Assembly: GCA_963666345.1 (NCBI GenBank)
Contig: OY762721.1
Span: forward strand, 1,888,001 to 1,952,000
Reading direction: 5' to 3'
Origin: Desulfatiglandales bacterium
GTDB lineage: Bacteria > Desulfobacterota > DSM-4660 > Desulfatiglandales > Desulfatiglandaceae
DNA: 64,000 nucleotides
The first letter of the stretch is position 1. The number at the start of each line of letters is the position of its first letter. Positions 1 through 9,872 of this stretch are shown here, in pieces. The position numbers and the translations under genes were made by a program. Below the pieces are notes generated by a model, which was not told the DNA's origin, ran no database searches, and worked only from the letters and a program-made list of their open reading frames with translations.

Positions 1-55
1 TCCCAGGTATAATAAGGGCCAGGGCAAATATAAGAAAGGCCCCTTTCATATTCAT
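1..55 (-). CDS. 5' end of an exported or membrane protein (partial, runs off the window)
   Basis: ATG at 55 with a GGGAGAG RBS; reads MNMKGAFLIFALALIIPG, which is signal-peptide-like. Confidence 0.5.
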   Translation of the reverse strand, partial: MNMKGAFLIFALALIIPG

Positions 56-124
56 AAGATCTCTCCCTTTTGGATAGTGCGCCCCCTTAGGGCTGAAGAT
101 TCTACTTGCCCTCCCGACCCCTCA

Positions 125-835
125 TTACTCAGCCAAAGAGGGGTCCTTGCCCTTCTTTATTCTGTAACGGGCCATAAGCTTTTTTACCGTAATGGGGAAA
201 AGGCCAAGTATAACAAAAGATATTATCAGGCCCGGGGATAAGATACCTGAAAGGGAATCAATCCGCCCCAGCTCTTTTCCCGCGTTTACATAGACCATTG
301 TGCCGGGCAGCATGCCCACCTGAGACACCCAGTAAAAGGAGAAAAGCGGCATCCTGGTTATCCCCATGGCGAGATTTATCACAAAGAAAGGAAAAACAGG
401 AATCAGGCGCAGTGAGAAAAGGTAGAAGGGGCCTTCAGTTTCAATCCCCCTGTTAATGGCCCTGAGCTTATCTCCGAATCTCTGCTGAACCCACTGCCTG
501 AGGATAAATCTTGAGACAAAACAGGCGGCAGTCGCACCAATGGTGCTTGCAAAAGATACGATAAACGTTCCGTAGACAAAGCCGAATAAAGCCCCGCCGA
601 TAAGTGTGAGTGCGGCAGCTCCGGGCAGGGAAATGGCCGTCGCTACGATGTAGATCATCATATAGACGGCAATCGCAAGGAACTGATGCCGGGAGTAGAT
701 TTGAGAAAAGGAATCTCTGGATGCCTTCAGATAGTCAAGGGAGAAAAACCTGTCCAGATCAAAGATCTTGAATGCGGCAAAAAGGACCGCTACCCCTAAC
801 AGGATGGCAAGCCTTTGAATCTGCTTCTCTTTCAT
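125..835 (-). CDS. TVP38/TMEM64 (VTT/DedA-like) membrane protein
   Basis: Hydrophobic 236 aa; motifs SLPGAAALTLIGGALFG, LRLIPVFPFFVINL, SQVGMLPGT. Confidence 0.9.
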   Translation of the reverse strand: MKEKQIQRLAILLGVAVLFAAFKIFDLDRFFSLDYLKASRDSFSQIYSRHQFLAIAVYMMIYIVATAISLPGAAALTLIGGALFGFVYGTFIVSFASTIGATAACFVSRFILRQWVQQRFGDKLRAINRGIETEGPFYLFSLRLIPVFPFFVINLAMGITRMPLFSFYWVSQVGMLPGTMVYVNAGKELGRIDSLSGILSPGLIISFVILGLFPITVKKLMARYRIKKGKDPSLAE

Positions 836-961
836 TTTATCGGCCGCCGGTTTTTATCTTTTCTTTCACCTTCATGTCCTCTACTAAAACATGGAAGCTC
901 AATCTTTATCGGCAGGTGTTAATATGTTTTTTGGAAGAAACATGGTTTCAGTGCTGTTTGC

Positions 962-987
962 AAATGAACCCCGTCAGGGGTTCATTT
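962..987. terminator. Hairpin, probable terminator of the oxidative-stress cluster
   Basis: AAATGAACCCC-GTCA-GGGGTTCATTT, perfect 11-bp stem downstream of the FTR gene. Confidence 0.5.
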
Positions 988-1044
988 TTCTTGGGACAGG
1001 GAAAAACCCATACCGCAGACAAGGCCTGGCACCAGATTATGCCA

Positions 1045-1377
1045 CTAGGATATCTTCTCAGGCGGCCTTCTTTCAGGAACGTACTTATGTGGCGGCTCCT
1101 CTTCGTTCCATTCCTTTGTCACATAGAGGTTGCAGTAACAGCTGCCGTATTCCTTTACATCCTGATCCCTGTAGACACAGGGGCAGAGGATATCCTTGTC
1201 TTTTTCACGGTCCCCCGATGCGAGCCTGCAGGGGCAGCCCATATAGCCGTAGCGCTCTTTGTTTAACAGAAGTGCTTCAAGAAGCTCAAACACCCTGTCT
1301 TTGTCTTTATTAAAGTAATAACCCCTGGGTTCCTGAACCTTTTTCAACATTTCATAAAGCTTTTCTACTTCATTCAT
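1045..1377 (-). CDS. Ferredoxin-thioredoxin reductase catalytic subunit family protein
   Basis: CPC...CPC...CYC motifs (GCPCR, LCPCVY, GSCYCNLY). Confidence 0.9.
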   Translation of the reverse strand: MNEVEKLYEMLKKVQEPRGYYFNKDKDRVFELLEALLLNKERYGYMGCPCRLASGDREKDKDILCPCVYRDQDVKEYGSCYCNLYVTKEWNEEEPPHKYVPERRPPEKIS

Positions 1378-1628
1378 AGTCCGAGGGCCTCCTTGATCTC
1401 ATCTTCTTTAAATCCAACGATGACGGTATCACCGATTATTATCGTGGGAAAAGAAAGGTTAGGGTTATGTCTTTTCACATCATCAACCACGCTTTTTCTT
1501 TCTTCTCCCTTGAGAAGATCCACATCCTCAAACTCATATTCAACATTGCATTTATCAAGCATTCTCTTGGTGGACTTACAGTGACTGCATGTACTAAGGG
1601 TGTAAACCATTACAGGTATCTGGGCCAT
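1374..1628 (-). CDS. Glutaredoxin/NrdH-like redoxin
   Basis: YTLSTCSHC active site, SFPTIII cis-Pro motif; 4-bp overlap with FTR. Confidence 0.9.
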   Translation of the reverse strand: MAQIPVMVYTLSTCSHCKSTKRMLDKCNVEYEFEDVDLLKGEERKSVVDDVKRHNPNLSFPTIIIGDTVIVGFKEDEIKEALGL

Positions 1629-1715
1629 AAGCATGCCTCCTTTGTCTACTTTATGATCTGATGCGATCTTTGCTGAAATCTTAAGTACGTCTCTAACCTA
1701 ATCCTTCCTTTCACT

Positions 1716-1910
1716 TCATTTCTCGATTGATATGCATTCTTCCGGACAACAGGCAACAGCCTCGTTAAGGGCATCTTCCGGATACTCTTCAAGATCCCTT
1801 ACCCATACCTCTCCCAGGTCTTCATCCCACTCAAAGACCTCGGGACAGACAGACACGCATGATTCGCATCCGCTGCATCTGGATCTGTCTATTATGGGTG
1901 CGGTCTTCAC
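1716..1910 (-). CDS. Single-cluster ferredoxin
   Basis: CSGCESCVSVCP and CCPEECI. Confidence 0.9.
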   Translation of the reverse strand: MKTAPIIDRSRCSGCESCVSVCPEVFEWDEDLGEVWVRDLEEYPEDALNEAVACCPEECISIEK

Positions 1911-1943
1911 CCGATCGAAAATCCTCCGGCCTTAAACGGCACT

Positions 1944-3128
1944 TTACTCGGGAAGCTGCTCAGCCACCTTTCTTCCAAGTTCATAGCAGGCCTCAAGCGC
2001 CTCTCCGTCAGGCACATACTGAACCCTTAGTCCCGGTTCCACAACCTTGAAATTCATTGCATCCAACTCATTTTTTATCAGTTTTACCGCCTCTCCGCTC
2101 CAGCCGTAAGAACCGAATGCCGCGGCCACCTTATTCTTCGGTTTAAGACCTTTCATATAGGTAAGAAAATCACCAAGGGTGGGGAATATCCCATTATTAA
2201 GGGTCGGTGAGCCTACTACTACAGCTCCTGCATCCAGGACCTCCGTTATAATATCGCTTCTGTGGCAGCTTCTTAGATGCATCGGTTTGGCGTAAACGCC
2301 TTCATTTATGAGCGATTCCGCGATTGCGTCGGCCATCTTCTCCGTGCTGTGCCACATGGTATCGTATATCACCACAGCCTTTCTGGTCGGCTCCTGTCTG
2401 CTCCAGCTGTCATAGGCATCTATGATCCTTCCCGGATCCTTTCGCCATATGATCCCATGGTCAGGACATATCATGTCGGGATTGAGCCCGATTTCCTTTA
2501 CCTTGGACAGAAGCTTCTGGATGAGAGGAGAATAGAGAAGCAGGATGTTTGCAAAATACTTTTTGGCATGGGGCATTATATCATCCCCGATCTGATCGTC
2601 GAACCTTTCAGGACCTGCATAGTGCTGACCGAATGCGTCACTTGAAAAGAGGATATTATCCTCCTTTACATATGTGAACATGCTGTCCGGCCAATGAAGC
2701 ATCCTTGTCTCCATAAATGAGAGGGTCCTTTTGCCCAGGCTCAGCTCACCCCCGTTTTCAACAGGGTTGTAATTGTATTTGCCGGGCAAATGCATTGAAA
2801 GGTTTTTTTGTCCCATCTTGGAACAGAAGACAGGCTTTTCCTCTCCTATCCGGTGCATAACCCTGGGGATGCTTCCGGAATGATCCATCTCGGTGTGGTT
2901 GCTGACAAAATAGTCTATCTTTTTAGGATCGACAATCCTGCCTATGTTCTCAATGAGATCATCTGAGAATTCTTTTTTTACCGTATCTATGAGGGTTATC
3001 TTTTCATCCATTATGAGATAGGAATTATATGTGGTTCCGGGATATGTCGAATAACCGTGGAAATCCCTTATATTCCAGTCTACAGCGCCAACCGAATAGA
3101 TCCCGTCGGCAATCTCTAAAGGCTTCAT
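1944..3128 (-). CDS. fprA: Flavodiiron protein (A-type flavoprotein, O2/NO reductase)
   Basis: HTEMDHSG metallo-beta-lactamase motif, LHWPDSM, SSDAFGQH, CPDHG, C-terminal flavodoxin domain with FGSYGWSGEA. Confidence 0.95.
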   Translation of the reverse strand: MKPLEIADGIYSVGAVDWNIRDFHGYSTYPGTTYNSYLIMDEKITLIDTVKKEFSDDLIENIGRIVDPKKIDYFVSNHTEMDHSGSIPRVMHRIGEEKPVFCSKMGQKNLSMHLPGKYNYNPVENGGELSLGKRTLSFMETRMLHWPDSMFTYVKEDNILFSSDAFGQHYAGPERFDDQIGDDIMPHAKKYFANILLLYSPLIQKLLSKVKEIGLNPDMICPDHGIIWRKDPGRIIDAYDSWSRQEPTRKAVVIYDTMWHSTEKMADAIAESLINEGVYAKPMHLRSCHRSDIITEVLDAGAVVVGSPTLNNGIFPTLGDFLTYMKGLKPKNKVAAAFGSYGWSGEAVKLIKNELDAMNFKVVEPGLRVQYVPDGEALEACYELGRKVAEQLPE

Positions 3129-3235
3129 AGCTCTCTCCTAAAACTTAAACCCATAAAAATGTTCGGAAACGCCCGGCCGATTAATACAGTAGGGACGTTT
3201 CCGAAGTTCTCAAGATATCACACCGCAAAACGACC

Positions 3236-3397
3236 CTAGTCCTCCTTATCAAACTGGTCCTTGCTTGCGCCGCAGACCGGGCATGTCCAATCATCAGGCA
3301 GTGCGTCAAAAGAGGTCCCGGCATCGACTCCATTATCAGGATCTCCATCAGCCGGATCATACACATAGCCACATACCGTACACACATACTTGTCCAT
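3236..3397 (-). CDS. Rubredoxin (53 aa, not in ORF track)
   Basis: Manual translation [62 protein letters not shown]. Confidence 0.95.
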   Translation of the reverse strand: MDKYVCTVCGYVYDPADGDPDNGVDAGTSFDALPDDWTCPVCGASKDQFDKED

Positions 3398-3493
3398 CTC
3401 TTTACCTCCTGTTAGTGATTTAATTAAAAACAGATTTAAAAAGTCCGCCCTTGCCTCAGCAGGGGCGTTTTGACCTTACTGGCTGTGAGAGGC

Positions 3494-3679
3494 CTAATTT
3501 CCAGCCTCCAAGGTGCACTTTGTAAAATCAATTTCCTTTCCGCAGCCTTTGCATTTATGCACCCTGTCGAATTCGTCGGAAAAGATTTCTTTCTCTTTCC
3601 CGCAGTTCGGGCACTTGCAAACAAAAGACTTGAGATTCTTGCGCTGTTCAAAACCGGGGCAATGCTGAGGAGTAGTCAT
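3494..3679 (-). CDS. Small Cys-rich zinc-ribbon-like protein
   Basis: HCPG, CPNCG, CKGCG motifs; AGGAG RBS; co-oriented in the cluster. Confidence 0.75.
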   Translation of the reverse strand: MTTPQHCPGFEQRKNLKSFVCKCPNCGKEKEIFSDEFDRVHKCKGCGKEIDFTKCTLEAGN

Positions 3680-3708
3680 GGTTTTCTCCTTTCTTGCATT
3701 AATAAGAT

Positions 3709-4146
3709 TCAGGGATTCAGCATCTTTCCTACCTGGCGGCCGTAATCCTGCGCCATTTGCTTGCCGCCGCCTAATAAGGCGGACTTCAGTTTCAAAGGGC
3801 CGCTTACCATTGCCATGTTGAATATATTCTCCATGGTGTCGAAAATGCGCCCTGGCGCCTCCCCGCTCCAGCCATAGGCCCCGAAAGAACCTCCGATTTT
3901 TCCTTCAAGATTTGCCTTTTCCGCGAGAAAAAGCATGGTCTTCATACCCTGCATCATTTGCCCATGATATGTGGCGGAACCGAAAATATAGGCGTCATAG
4001 CCATTGAGTGCATCTTCCTTTTTTATCTCGGAAACATTTACGACCGTTGATTCATGACCCTCAAACCGTATACCCTCCGCGATTAACTCGGCGATATTCT
4101 TGGTTTGTCCGGTCCTTGTACAATAGACTACAAGAGCGTTTCCCAT
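3709..4146 (-). CDS. Flavodoxin-domain protein
   Basis: TRTGQT FMN loop, GSATYHG, FGAYGWSGEA; start moved to MGNALVV after GGAGG. Confidence 0.9.
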   Translation of the reverse strand: MGNALVVYCTRTGQTKNIAELIAEGIRFEGHESTVVNVSEIKKEDALNGYDAYIFGSATYHGQMMQGMKTMLFLAEKANLEGKIGGSFGAYGWSGEAPGRIFDTMENIFNMAMVSGPLKLKSALLGGGKQMAQDYGRQVGKMLNP

Positions 4147-4232
4147 TTTTACCTCCCGGAGGGCACTACGCGCTGATGGTCCATCAAACATGCGCAATAT
4201 CAAGGAGTAAAAACATAAGATAATTGCTGATG

Positions 4233-4388
4233 TTATCCCAGTCGAGTATCCTGGCCGGTATTACCACAATCCGGGATATAGCACGTAATGTCTATAAACT
4301 CGCACTTTTCACTGCAAGAGGGGCATTTCTCCGGAGGCGTTTCCGCCTTGAGGGTATACCCGCAATTCGTACACTTCCAATCGCCCAT
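4233..4388 (-). CDS. Rubredoxin-like small protein with extra C-terminal Cys motif (51 aa, not in ORF track)
   Basis: MGDWKCTNCGYTLKAETPPEKCPSCSEKCEFIDITCYIPDCGNTGQDTRLG; GGGAGG RBS. Confidence 0.85.
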   Translation of the reverse strand: MGDWKCTNCGYTLKAETPPEKCPSCSEKCEFIDITCYIPDCGNTGQDTRLG

Positions 4389-4432
4389 TTTTTCCTCCCT
4401 TGCTGAATAATGTCAGACAAAACAAAAAGTTG

Positions 4433-4807
4433 CTAGGCCTTCCACAAACCGTGCATATTACAATACTCCCTTGCGGTAACCTTATCCGCCTCTATCTCAA
4501 AAACGGCTGCAGGCTCCTGCCCGGGGCTTAGAAATTTACGGTAAAGTCTTCCGTCGGCGATAATTTCAATCCATTCGATATAATGTTTTTCTTCCATCGG
4601 ATGGGCCACATCCCCTACCTTCACCTTGAAACCGGCTGAGGTCTTTTCAACAACAGGCACATGTTTTTCCTTTGCCGCGTCAACGGTATTTTCCTTGAAA
4701 AGCTTCATAGGCGCACCGCAGCATACAAGCTCTCCCTTGCCCCCATGCAATACCTCCACGATATTTCCGCAAACCTCACATTTATAAATCTCAAGTCTTT
4801 CCGCCAT
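4433..4807 (-). CDS. dfx: Desulfoferrodoxin (superoxide reductase)
   Basis: CEVCGN...VCCG desulforedoxin domain, [22 protein letters not shown]. Confidence 0.97.
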   Translation of the reverse strand: MAERLEIYKCEVCGNIVEVLHGGKGELVCCGAPMKLFKENTVDAAKEKHVPVVEKTSAGFKVKVGDVAHPMEEKHYIEWIEIIADGRLYRKFLSPGQEPAAVFEIEADKVTAREYCNMHGLWKA

Positions 4808-4976
4808 TTTTTATCCTCCTTTTTTCAAATTAACAGGACCGTTATACCTGTGATAACTATTTTTAGTTGATACGCCGAATGTCTTACTGACAGCTGAGAG
4901 CTTGTACGCCGTCTTTTTGGCGTACTGATTGCTGATAGCATGAGTCCATAAATCTTGATTTATGGATGAATACTGA

Positions 4977-5552
4977 CTAATAGTTTTCTCCCAGCAATTC
5001 AAAATGAGCCTGAGGGTGGGCACAGGCGGGACATAGTTCCGGAGCCTCATCTCCTGTAAAGATATAGCCGCAGTTCCTGCATCTCCAGACCACCTCTTTC
5101 TCCCTTTTAAATACACGACCTGCTTCAATATTTGCCGCCAGATCATTGTAGCGCTTTTCATGCTGCTTTTCCGCAACCGCGATTGCCTCAAAAACCGCCG
5201 CTATCACGCCGAAACCTTCCTGTCTGGCCGTTTCAGCAAAACCGGGGTACATCTCAGTATGCTCATAGTTTTCGCCTGCCGCAGACGCCTTGAGATTGTC
5301 CACGGTATTTCCTATTACGCCTGCCGGGAAGGCCGCCGTGATTTCCGTTTCACCGCCTTCCAGGAATTTGAAGAGCCTCTTGGCATGTTCCTTTTCCTGG
5401 TTGGCTGTCTCCTCGAATATGGCGGAAATCTGCACAAAGCCTTCCTTTTTGGCCTTGCTTGCAAAATAGTTATACCGGTTTCTCGCCTGAGATTCCCCCG
5501 CAAAGGCGGTTAACAAGTTTTTTTCCGTCCGGCTTCCTTTCAAATCCATCAA
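4977..5552 (-). CDS. rbr: Rubrerythrin
   Basis: [23 protein letters not shown]-terminal CRNCG...CPAC. Confidence 0.97.
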   Translation of the reverse strand: MMDLKGSRTEKNLLTAFAGESQARNRYNYFASKAKKEGFVQISAIFEETANQEKEHAKRLFKFLEGGETEITAAFPAGVIGNTVDNLKASAAGENYEHTEMYPGFAETARQEGFGVIAAVFEAIAVAEKQHEKRYNDLAANIEAGRVFKREKEVVWRCRNCGYIFTGDEAPELCPACAHPQAHFELLGENY

Positions 5553-5654
5553 TCCATACCTCCTTTGATTCGTCTAAATTGTTTCAGGTTCCTATCCGAA
5601 TTTCTCATACCTGCTGCCACGGTAATAAAAAACATCTTGTTTACTGAGGGACCG

Positions 5655-5864
5655 TCAACTCCCTTCCGCCGCCACCGACCCGGGTCCACCCAGTGGCCTG
5701 AAAGCCTTTTTTGTAGCCCCGCATACCGGGCATTTCCAATCGGCCGGCAGATCCTCAAAAAGGGTCCCTTTGGGGATCTTACCCTTTCGGTCCCCCTTGT
5801 CGGGGTTGTATATATATCCGCAATTTACGGTCTGACATTGCCACATGTCTTTAGGTTCAGCCAT
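5655..5864 (-). CDS. Rubredoxin (C-x4-C type)
   Basis: [12 protein letters not shown]...[14 protein letters not shown]. Confidence 0.9.
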   Translation of the reverse strand: MAEPKDMWQCQTVNCGYIYNPDKGDRKGKIPKGTLFEDLPADWKCPVCGATKKAFRPLGGPGSVAAEGS

Positions 5865-6010
5865 GTCTATTATATCTCCTCCATCTTTGCCTGCGGGTCA
5901 AAATTGAACTTTTTTCAAGTTTACTTCAATATGTACTAAAAAGAGTCCGATTTGGGAACAAACCCGCTTATCGGTTTTTAAACGGATAATGATCTTTTTC
6001 AGCCATCTTC

Positions 6011-6514
6011 CTATTCTACTTTAAAAAAGGCCTTTGCCTTTGATTTACATACGGGACAGCTTTCAGGGGGTTCTCCCTCACAGGTATATCCGCACACGGA
6101 ACAAACGTAATAGTCAGTTTCTTCAAGGCTGTCCATCTTTTCCAGGGCCTTTTGATATAGCCCTGCATGTATCTTTTCCACCTCATTTGCATAGGTAAAA
6201 GATCTGAGTGCCGCCTTGTTGTCTTCATTCATAGCCTCTTCAATCATATCGGGATACATCTCTTTGTATTCATGAGTCTCACCCTCTATGGCATCCTTTA
6301 GATTCTCCGAAGTGGACCTGATCGCGCCCAGCGCCCTTAAGTGTGAGTGTGCATGAACCGTTTCCGCTTCCGCGGCTGCCCTGAAAAGCCTGGCGATCTG
6401 AGAAAGGCCTTCATTTTCCGCCTGTCTTGCAAAGGCAAGGTAACGCCTGTTTGCCTGTGATTCACCGGCAAATGCCTCCATGAGATTACTTTTGGTCTTA
6501 TCCATGCTTTCCAC
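6011..6514 (-). CDS. Rubrerythrin family protein (short type)
   Basis: [28 protein letters not shown]...CPVC. Confidence 0.95.
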   Translation of the reverse strand: MESMDKTKSNLMEAFAGESQANRRYLAFARQAENEGLSQIARLFRAAAEAETVHAHSHLRALGAIRSTSENLKDAIEGETHEYKEMYPDMIEEAMNEDNKAALRSFTYANEVEKIHAGLYQKALEKMDSLEETDYYVCSVCGYTCEGEPPESCPVCKSKAKAFFKVE

Positions 6515-6660
6515 CTCTTTCTTTTAATATATGATTATAGCCAATTAATCGCCAAAAAGGGGAATTTTTTGATCCTTTACCGCTCTTCCGCCTTTTCCGG
6601 CAGGTTTTAATCTGAAGCCCCTGCTACACACAGGATGAAAATTGCGCACTTCTCATTTCA

Positions 6661-6768
6661 TTATTGTTTTTTCTCAAAGCTCTTTTTTTCTCCGCATTCC
6701 GGGCACTTTTGAGGTTTGCATCTTCCATCCTTTTCATAACCACATTTTGAACATTTAAAAACCGCCAT
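6661..6768 (-). CDS. RCKP-type rubredoxin-like microprotein (35 aa, not in ORF track)
   Basis: MAVFKCSKCGYEKDGRCKPQKCPECGEKKSFEKKQ; GGAGG RBS 8 nt upstream. Confidence 0.85.
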   Translation of the reverse strand: MAVFKCSKCGYEKDGRCKPQKCPECGEKKSFEKKQ

Positions 6769-6828
6769 TTGATCAGCCTCCATTAAAATTATCATGCCTG
6801 AATATAATAAAATAAATTAGCCGGGCAC

Positions 6829-7029
6829 TTATCCCCACTTACCTTTTTTAATATGAGCATCCTTTTCAGACTTTGCAAATTTCTGAAGTTTGTAGGCCGA
6901 GTCTCTCAACATGCCGTAAAGTGCTCCGCATCCGTTATCATCTCTTGCTGCATCACCCTTATCGGCAAGATCGATCATCTTTCCGGATAACTCCAGAACC
7001 CTGTTTATCATTTCATTACATGCCTTCAT
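6829..7029 (-). CDS. Small helical hypothetical protein
   Basis: LADKGDAARDDNGCGALYGMLRDSAYKL; ATG at 7029 preferred over the TTG at 7056. Confidence 0.7.
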   Translation of the reverse strand: MKACNEMINRVLELSGKMIDLADKGDAARDDNGCGALYGMLRDSAYKLQKFAKSEKDAHIKKGKWG

Positions 7030-7150
7030 TACTTTCAGCTTCTCCTGCCGGCTCAAAAGGTAGGAGCGTCTGAAGAATTTACAGGCCTGCCAAAAACCCG
7101 CCCCCTATAAATGAACCTCACGCAGTTGTTTCATTGTTGGAATAGATATA

Positions 7151-7165
7151 TCAAAAAGCATGCCA
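7151..7165 (-). promoter_or_regulatory. Putative sigma-54 promoter
   Basis: TGGCATGCTTTTTGA (GG-N10-GA, one deviation at -12), downstream of a sigma-54 activator gene. Confidence 0.5.
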
Positions 7166-7468
7166 GAAGGCTGCGCAAAAAAACAAGCATGATATCAAGC
7201 GCTTAACCGGGAAGGCTTCACAAGTCCCGTAGGCAACCCGGATTTTTCCGAGACATAATCGAGACATAACGCTTTTTGATCTCAAAAAGGCATAATGCTT
7301 TGTTATTATTGCTGTTTTGAACACATCAAGGGCAGGCATTGCAGGATGCGGCACCGAGCCATGATTCAATCAGAGACAAGCGGTCCGCTATGCCGACATG
7401 TTACATGTGGGGCATAACTACTTGAAATAAAAATATAAAACATGTCATTTACAACTTCAATTCATATA

Positions 7469-7491
7469 TGTCTCAATATTTTTTTGAGACA
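7469..7491. promoter_or_regulatory. Inverted repeat, candidate enhancer (UAS)
   Basis: TGTCTCAA-N7-TTGAGACA; more GAGACA half-sites at about 7250, 7261 and 7373. Confidence 0.45.
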
Positions 7492-7499
7492 AAGGTGTA

Positions 7500-8840
7500 T
7501 CATGATACACCTTTATTGTCTTTTAAAAACCTGTACAGGGTGGCGCGTCCCACGCCCAGTATTCTGGCGGCCTTGGCCTTGTTGCCCCCGCTTTCGGTTA
7601 AGGCGTCTTTTACAAGGGTCTTTTCCAGTTTTCCGGCAGGGCCCCGTCTGCCGGACATTTTTTTCATATTATTCAGTTCCAAGGGCAGATGCTCGGGTCC
7701 GATTATTTCGCCCCTTGATCTTACGGTGGCGAATCTTACGGCACTCTGCAGCTCCCGAACGTTTCCGGGCCAGTCATAATCAAGGGCAAGATCCATCGCC
7801 TGTCGCGAAATCCCCTTGATGATTTGCCCTTCCTCTTTTGCCGTCTCAAGAAAGTGTTCGATCAGCAGCGGCAGGTCCGCCTTCCTCTCCCTCAGGGGAG
7901 GTACAATGACCGGCACGACATTAAGCCGGTAATAGAGGTCGTCTCGAAAGCTACCCTTTTTCACTTCACTGCCGAGGTCCTTATTGGTTGCGCTGATAAT
8001 CCGTACATCTACAGATATTGTCCGCTCTCCTCCAACCCTCTCAAAGGATTTATCCTGAATAACGCGCAATATTTTTGCCTGCATGACCTTCGGCAGATCC
8101 GCTACCTCATCAAGAAACAGTGTGCCTCCATGGGCAAGCTCAAAACGGCCCTTTTTGTCTCTGACCGCGCCCGTAAACGCCCCCTTCACATGTCCGAACA
8201 GTTCACTTTCAAGGATACCCTCAGGAAGGGCGGCGCAGTTAACCGGCACAAAAGGAGCACCCCCCCTGCGGCTTTCTTCATGTATCGCGTTTGCAACCAG
8301 TTCCTTGCCGGTTCCGGTCTCCCCGGATATGTGCACGGGATAGTCATTTGTGGAAAGATCCCGGATCTGTTGAAAGATGTTCAGGATTTTGGGGTCCTTG
8401 CCTATTATCCCTGAAAATCCCTTGAGTTTGCCGAGGGCGATTCTGAGTCCCGTAATATCCGTAACATCCCTGAAGGCCGCTATTATCCCGATAAAATCAC
8501 CGGCCTCGTCCGTCATCCCGCTGACCCGCATTTCAATCCTTCTGCTTTCCCCGCCGGCGGTAACTATGTTGAGGGGGTATTCCATGTCCACCCAATTCGC
8601 CGGAGGATCTTCGGAAAAAGAGCACCTGCCCCCGCAGAAAGGGCCGCCGAATGCATCGTGACAGTCTCTTCCAAGCACCTGTTTTCTTGAAAATCCGGTT
8701 ATCTTTTCAGCTTCACGATTAAAATAGACTACGCGCCTTTCCCTGTCATGGGCTATTATACCTTCGGCAAGGCTGTCTATTATTCTCTCCAGGTTTTTCT
8801 TATAGGCCAGAGACCTTTCAAGGCTCATTTTATTTTTCAT
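7500..8840 (-). CDS. PAS-domain sigma-54-dependent transcriptional activator (Fis family)
   Basis: N-terminal PAS, GETGTGKE Walker A, ESELFGH-GAFTGA, WPGNVRELQ, C-terminal HTH. Confidence 0.95.
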   Translation of the reverse strand: MKNKMSLERSLAYKKNLERIIDSLAEGIIAHDRERRVVYFNREAEKITGFSRKQVLGRDCHDAFGGPFCGGRCSFSEDPPANWVDMEYPLNIVTAGGESRRIEMRVSGMTDEAGDFIGIIAAFRDVTDITGLRIALGKLKGFSGIIGKDPKILNIFQQIRDLSTNDYPVHISGETGTGKELVANAIHEESRRGGAPFVPVNCAALPEGILESELFGHVKGAFTGAVRDKKGRFELAHGGTLFLDEVADLPKVMQAKILRVIQDKSFERVGGERTISVDVRIISATNKDLGSEVKKGSFRDDLYYRLNVVPVIVPPLRERKADLPLLIEHFLETAKEEGQIIKGISRQAMDLALDYDWPGNVRELQSAVRFATVRSRGEIIGPEHLPLELNNMKKMSGRRGPAGKLEKTLVKDALTESGGNKAKAARILGVGRATLYRFLKDNKGVS

Positions 8841-8913
8841 AAAAGGCTTTCATCTCAATGGCTGGTGAAGTCGTAATAGAATGGATTAAGAACGGTTTCT
8901 GCCTTACGAATAC

Positions 8914-9552
8914 TCAAGGTTTTGCCCCTAAGAGACTTGATTCTATGTAGCCGAAATAGTTGTCCATCAAGGCTATTCGTGCCCATTTTCCTTCCCTGCT
9001 CAGGAGTTGAGCTGCCGCCCCCTGTCCCAGGTAGCCTATTACAGGGGAGTCCTTGTCTGCTGATGCATGAATCCCGGCCATTCCGGCCGCAAGTTTTTTC
9101 AGGTCAAAATCATTTTTTTCACACAGGCTCTCCCGCAGCCGGTTGAAAAGCTCCTCTTCCGAGGAGTATTCCCTGGTGGAGACACTGCCTCGTTTCAACT
9201 TGCATATCACCTTTGTAAGCCTTGGAGTTATCGTCTCAAGAGACAGGCACACGAAGGCATCCCCCCAATCGGCTCGTACGTAGCCTTTCTGACTGAAATA
9301 TTCGATTCTTTTGATTTTGAAATTCATCTCTCCCAGGTCATGAACAACAGCGGCAAGCACCCTTTTTACCGGATGGGAGAAACTTTCCTCCTGCCCTATG
9401 ACATAGTCCTTTGCCTCCTTTAATGTCACGGGAACGGCTGAAAGCGGAGAGCAGGCCTGCAGATTCGCCCATACCAGGATAATGGCCGAGATGAAAATTT
9501 TATGAAGATTTAATTGTCTAAGGGTCGGGCCAACCAAATTTTTCGGATGCAT
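8914..9552 (-). CDS. Putative lipoprotein (DUF3568-like N-terminus, SH3-like C-terminus)
   Basis: Hydrophobic stretch then LQAC lipobox-like motif; C-terminal ASADKDSPVIGYL...GKWARI...GYI pattern. Confidence 0.55.
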   Translation of the reverse strand: MHPKNLVGPTLRQLNLHKIFISAIILVWANLQACSPLSAVPVTLKEAKDYVIGQEESFSHPVKRVLAAVVHDLGEMNFKIKRIEYFSQKGYVRADWGDAFVCLSLETITPRLTKVICKLKRGSVSTREYSSEEELFNRLRESLCEKNDFDLKKLAAGMAGIHASADKDSPVIGYLGQGAAAQLLSREGKWARIALMDNYFGYIESSLLGAKP

Positions 9553-9872
9553 TTCTATTATTAAAATCTATGGTCAGTTATATGAGGTAAAAAAGGGTTC
9601 GCCTGGTAAAAATCCGGCGTTTTCGAAGTGGTAGGATATGGAATGGAAGGCCGGGTGTAAAGAGAAAAGGTCTTGTAAAATTAAAATAAGGCAATTTCTC
9701 CGGAAAATTATTAATTGCCTGAACAAAATAAACCGGGGACCTGAAAAAATGCACATGTTCATATTCAAGTATTAGGCTCCGGCAATTTTCACCCTTGAAT
9801 GTTGATTTAAAAACCACACTGATTTATTCTCTGATCCATGTCCTGAAAATAATAAGACAGGAGAAAGGCACA

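Noticed and set aside
3181..3387. 68-aa ORF from the track
   Set aside because: Alternative frame of the real rubredoxin at 3236-3397.
1045..6768. Selenocysteine recoding in the redox genes
   Set aside because: All catalytic Cys motifs are intact and no in-frame TGA was seen.
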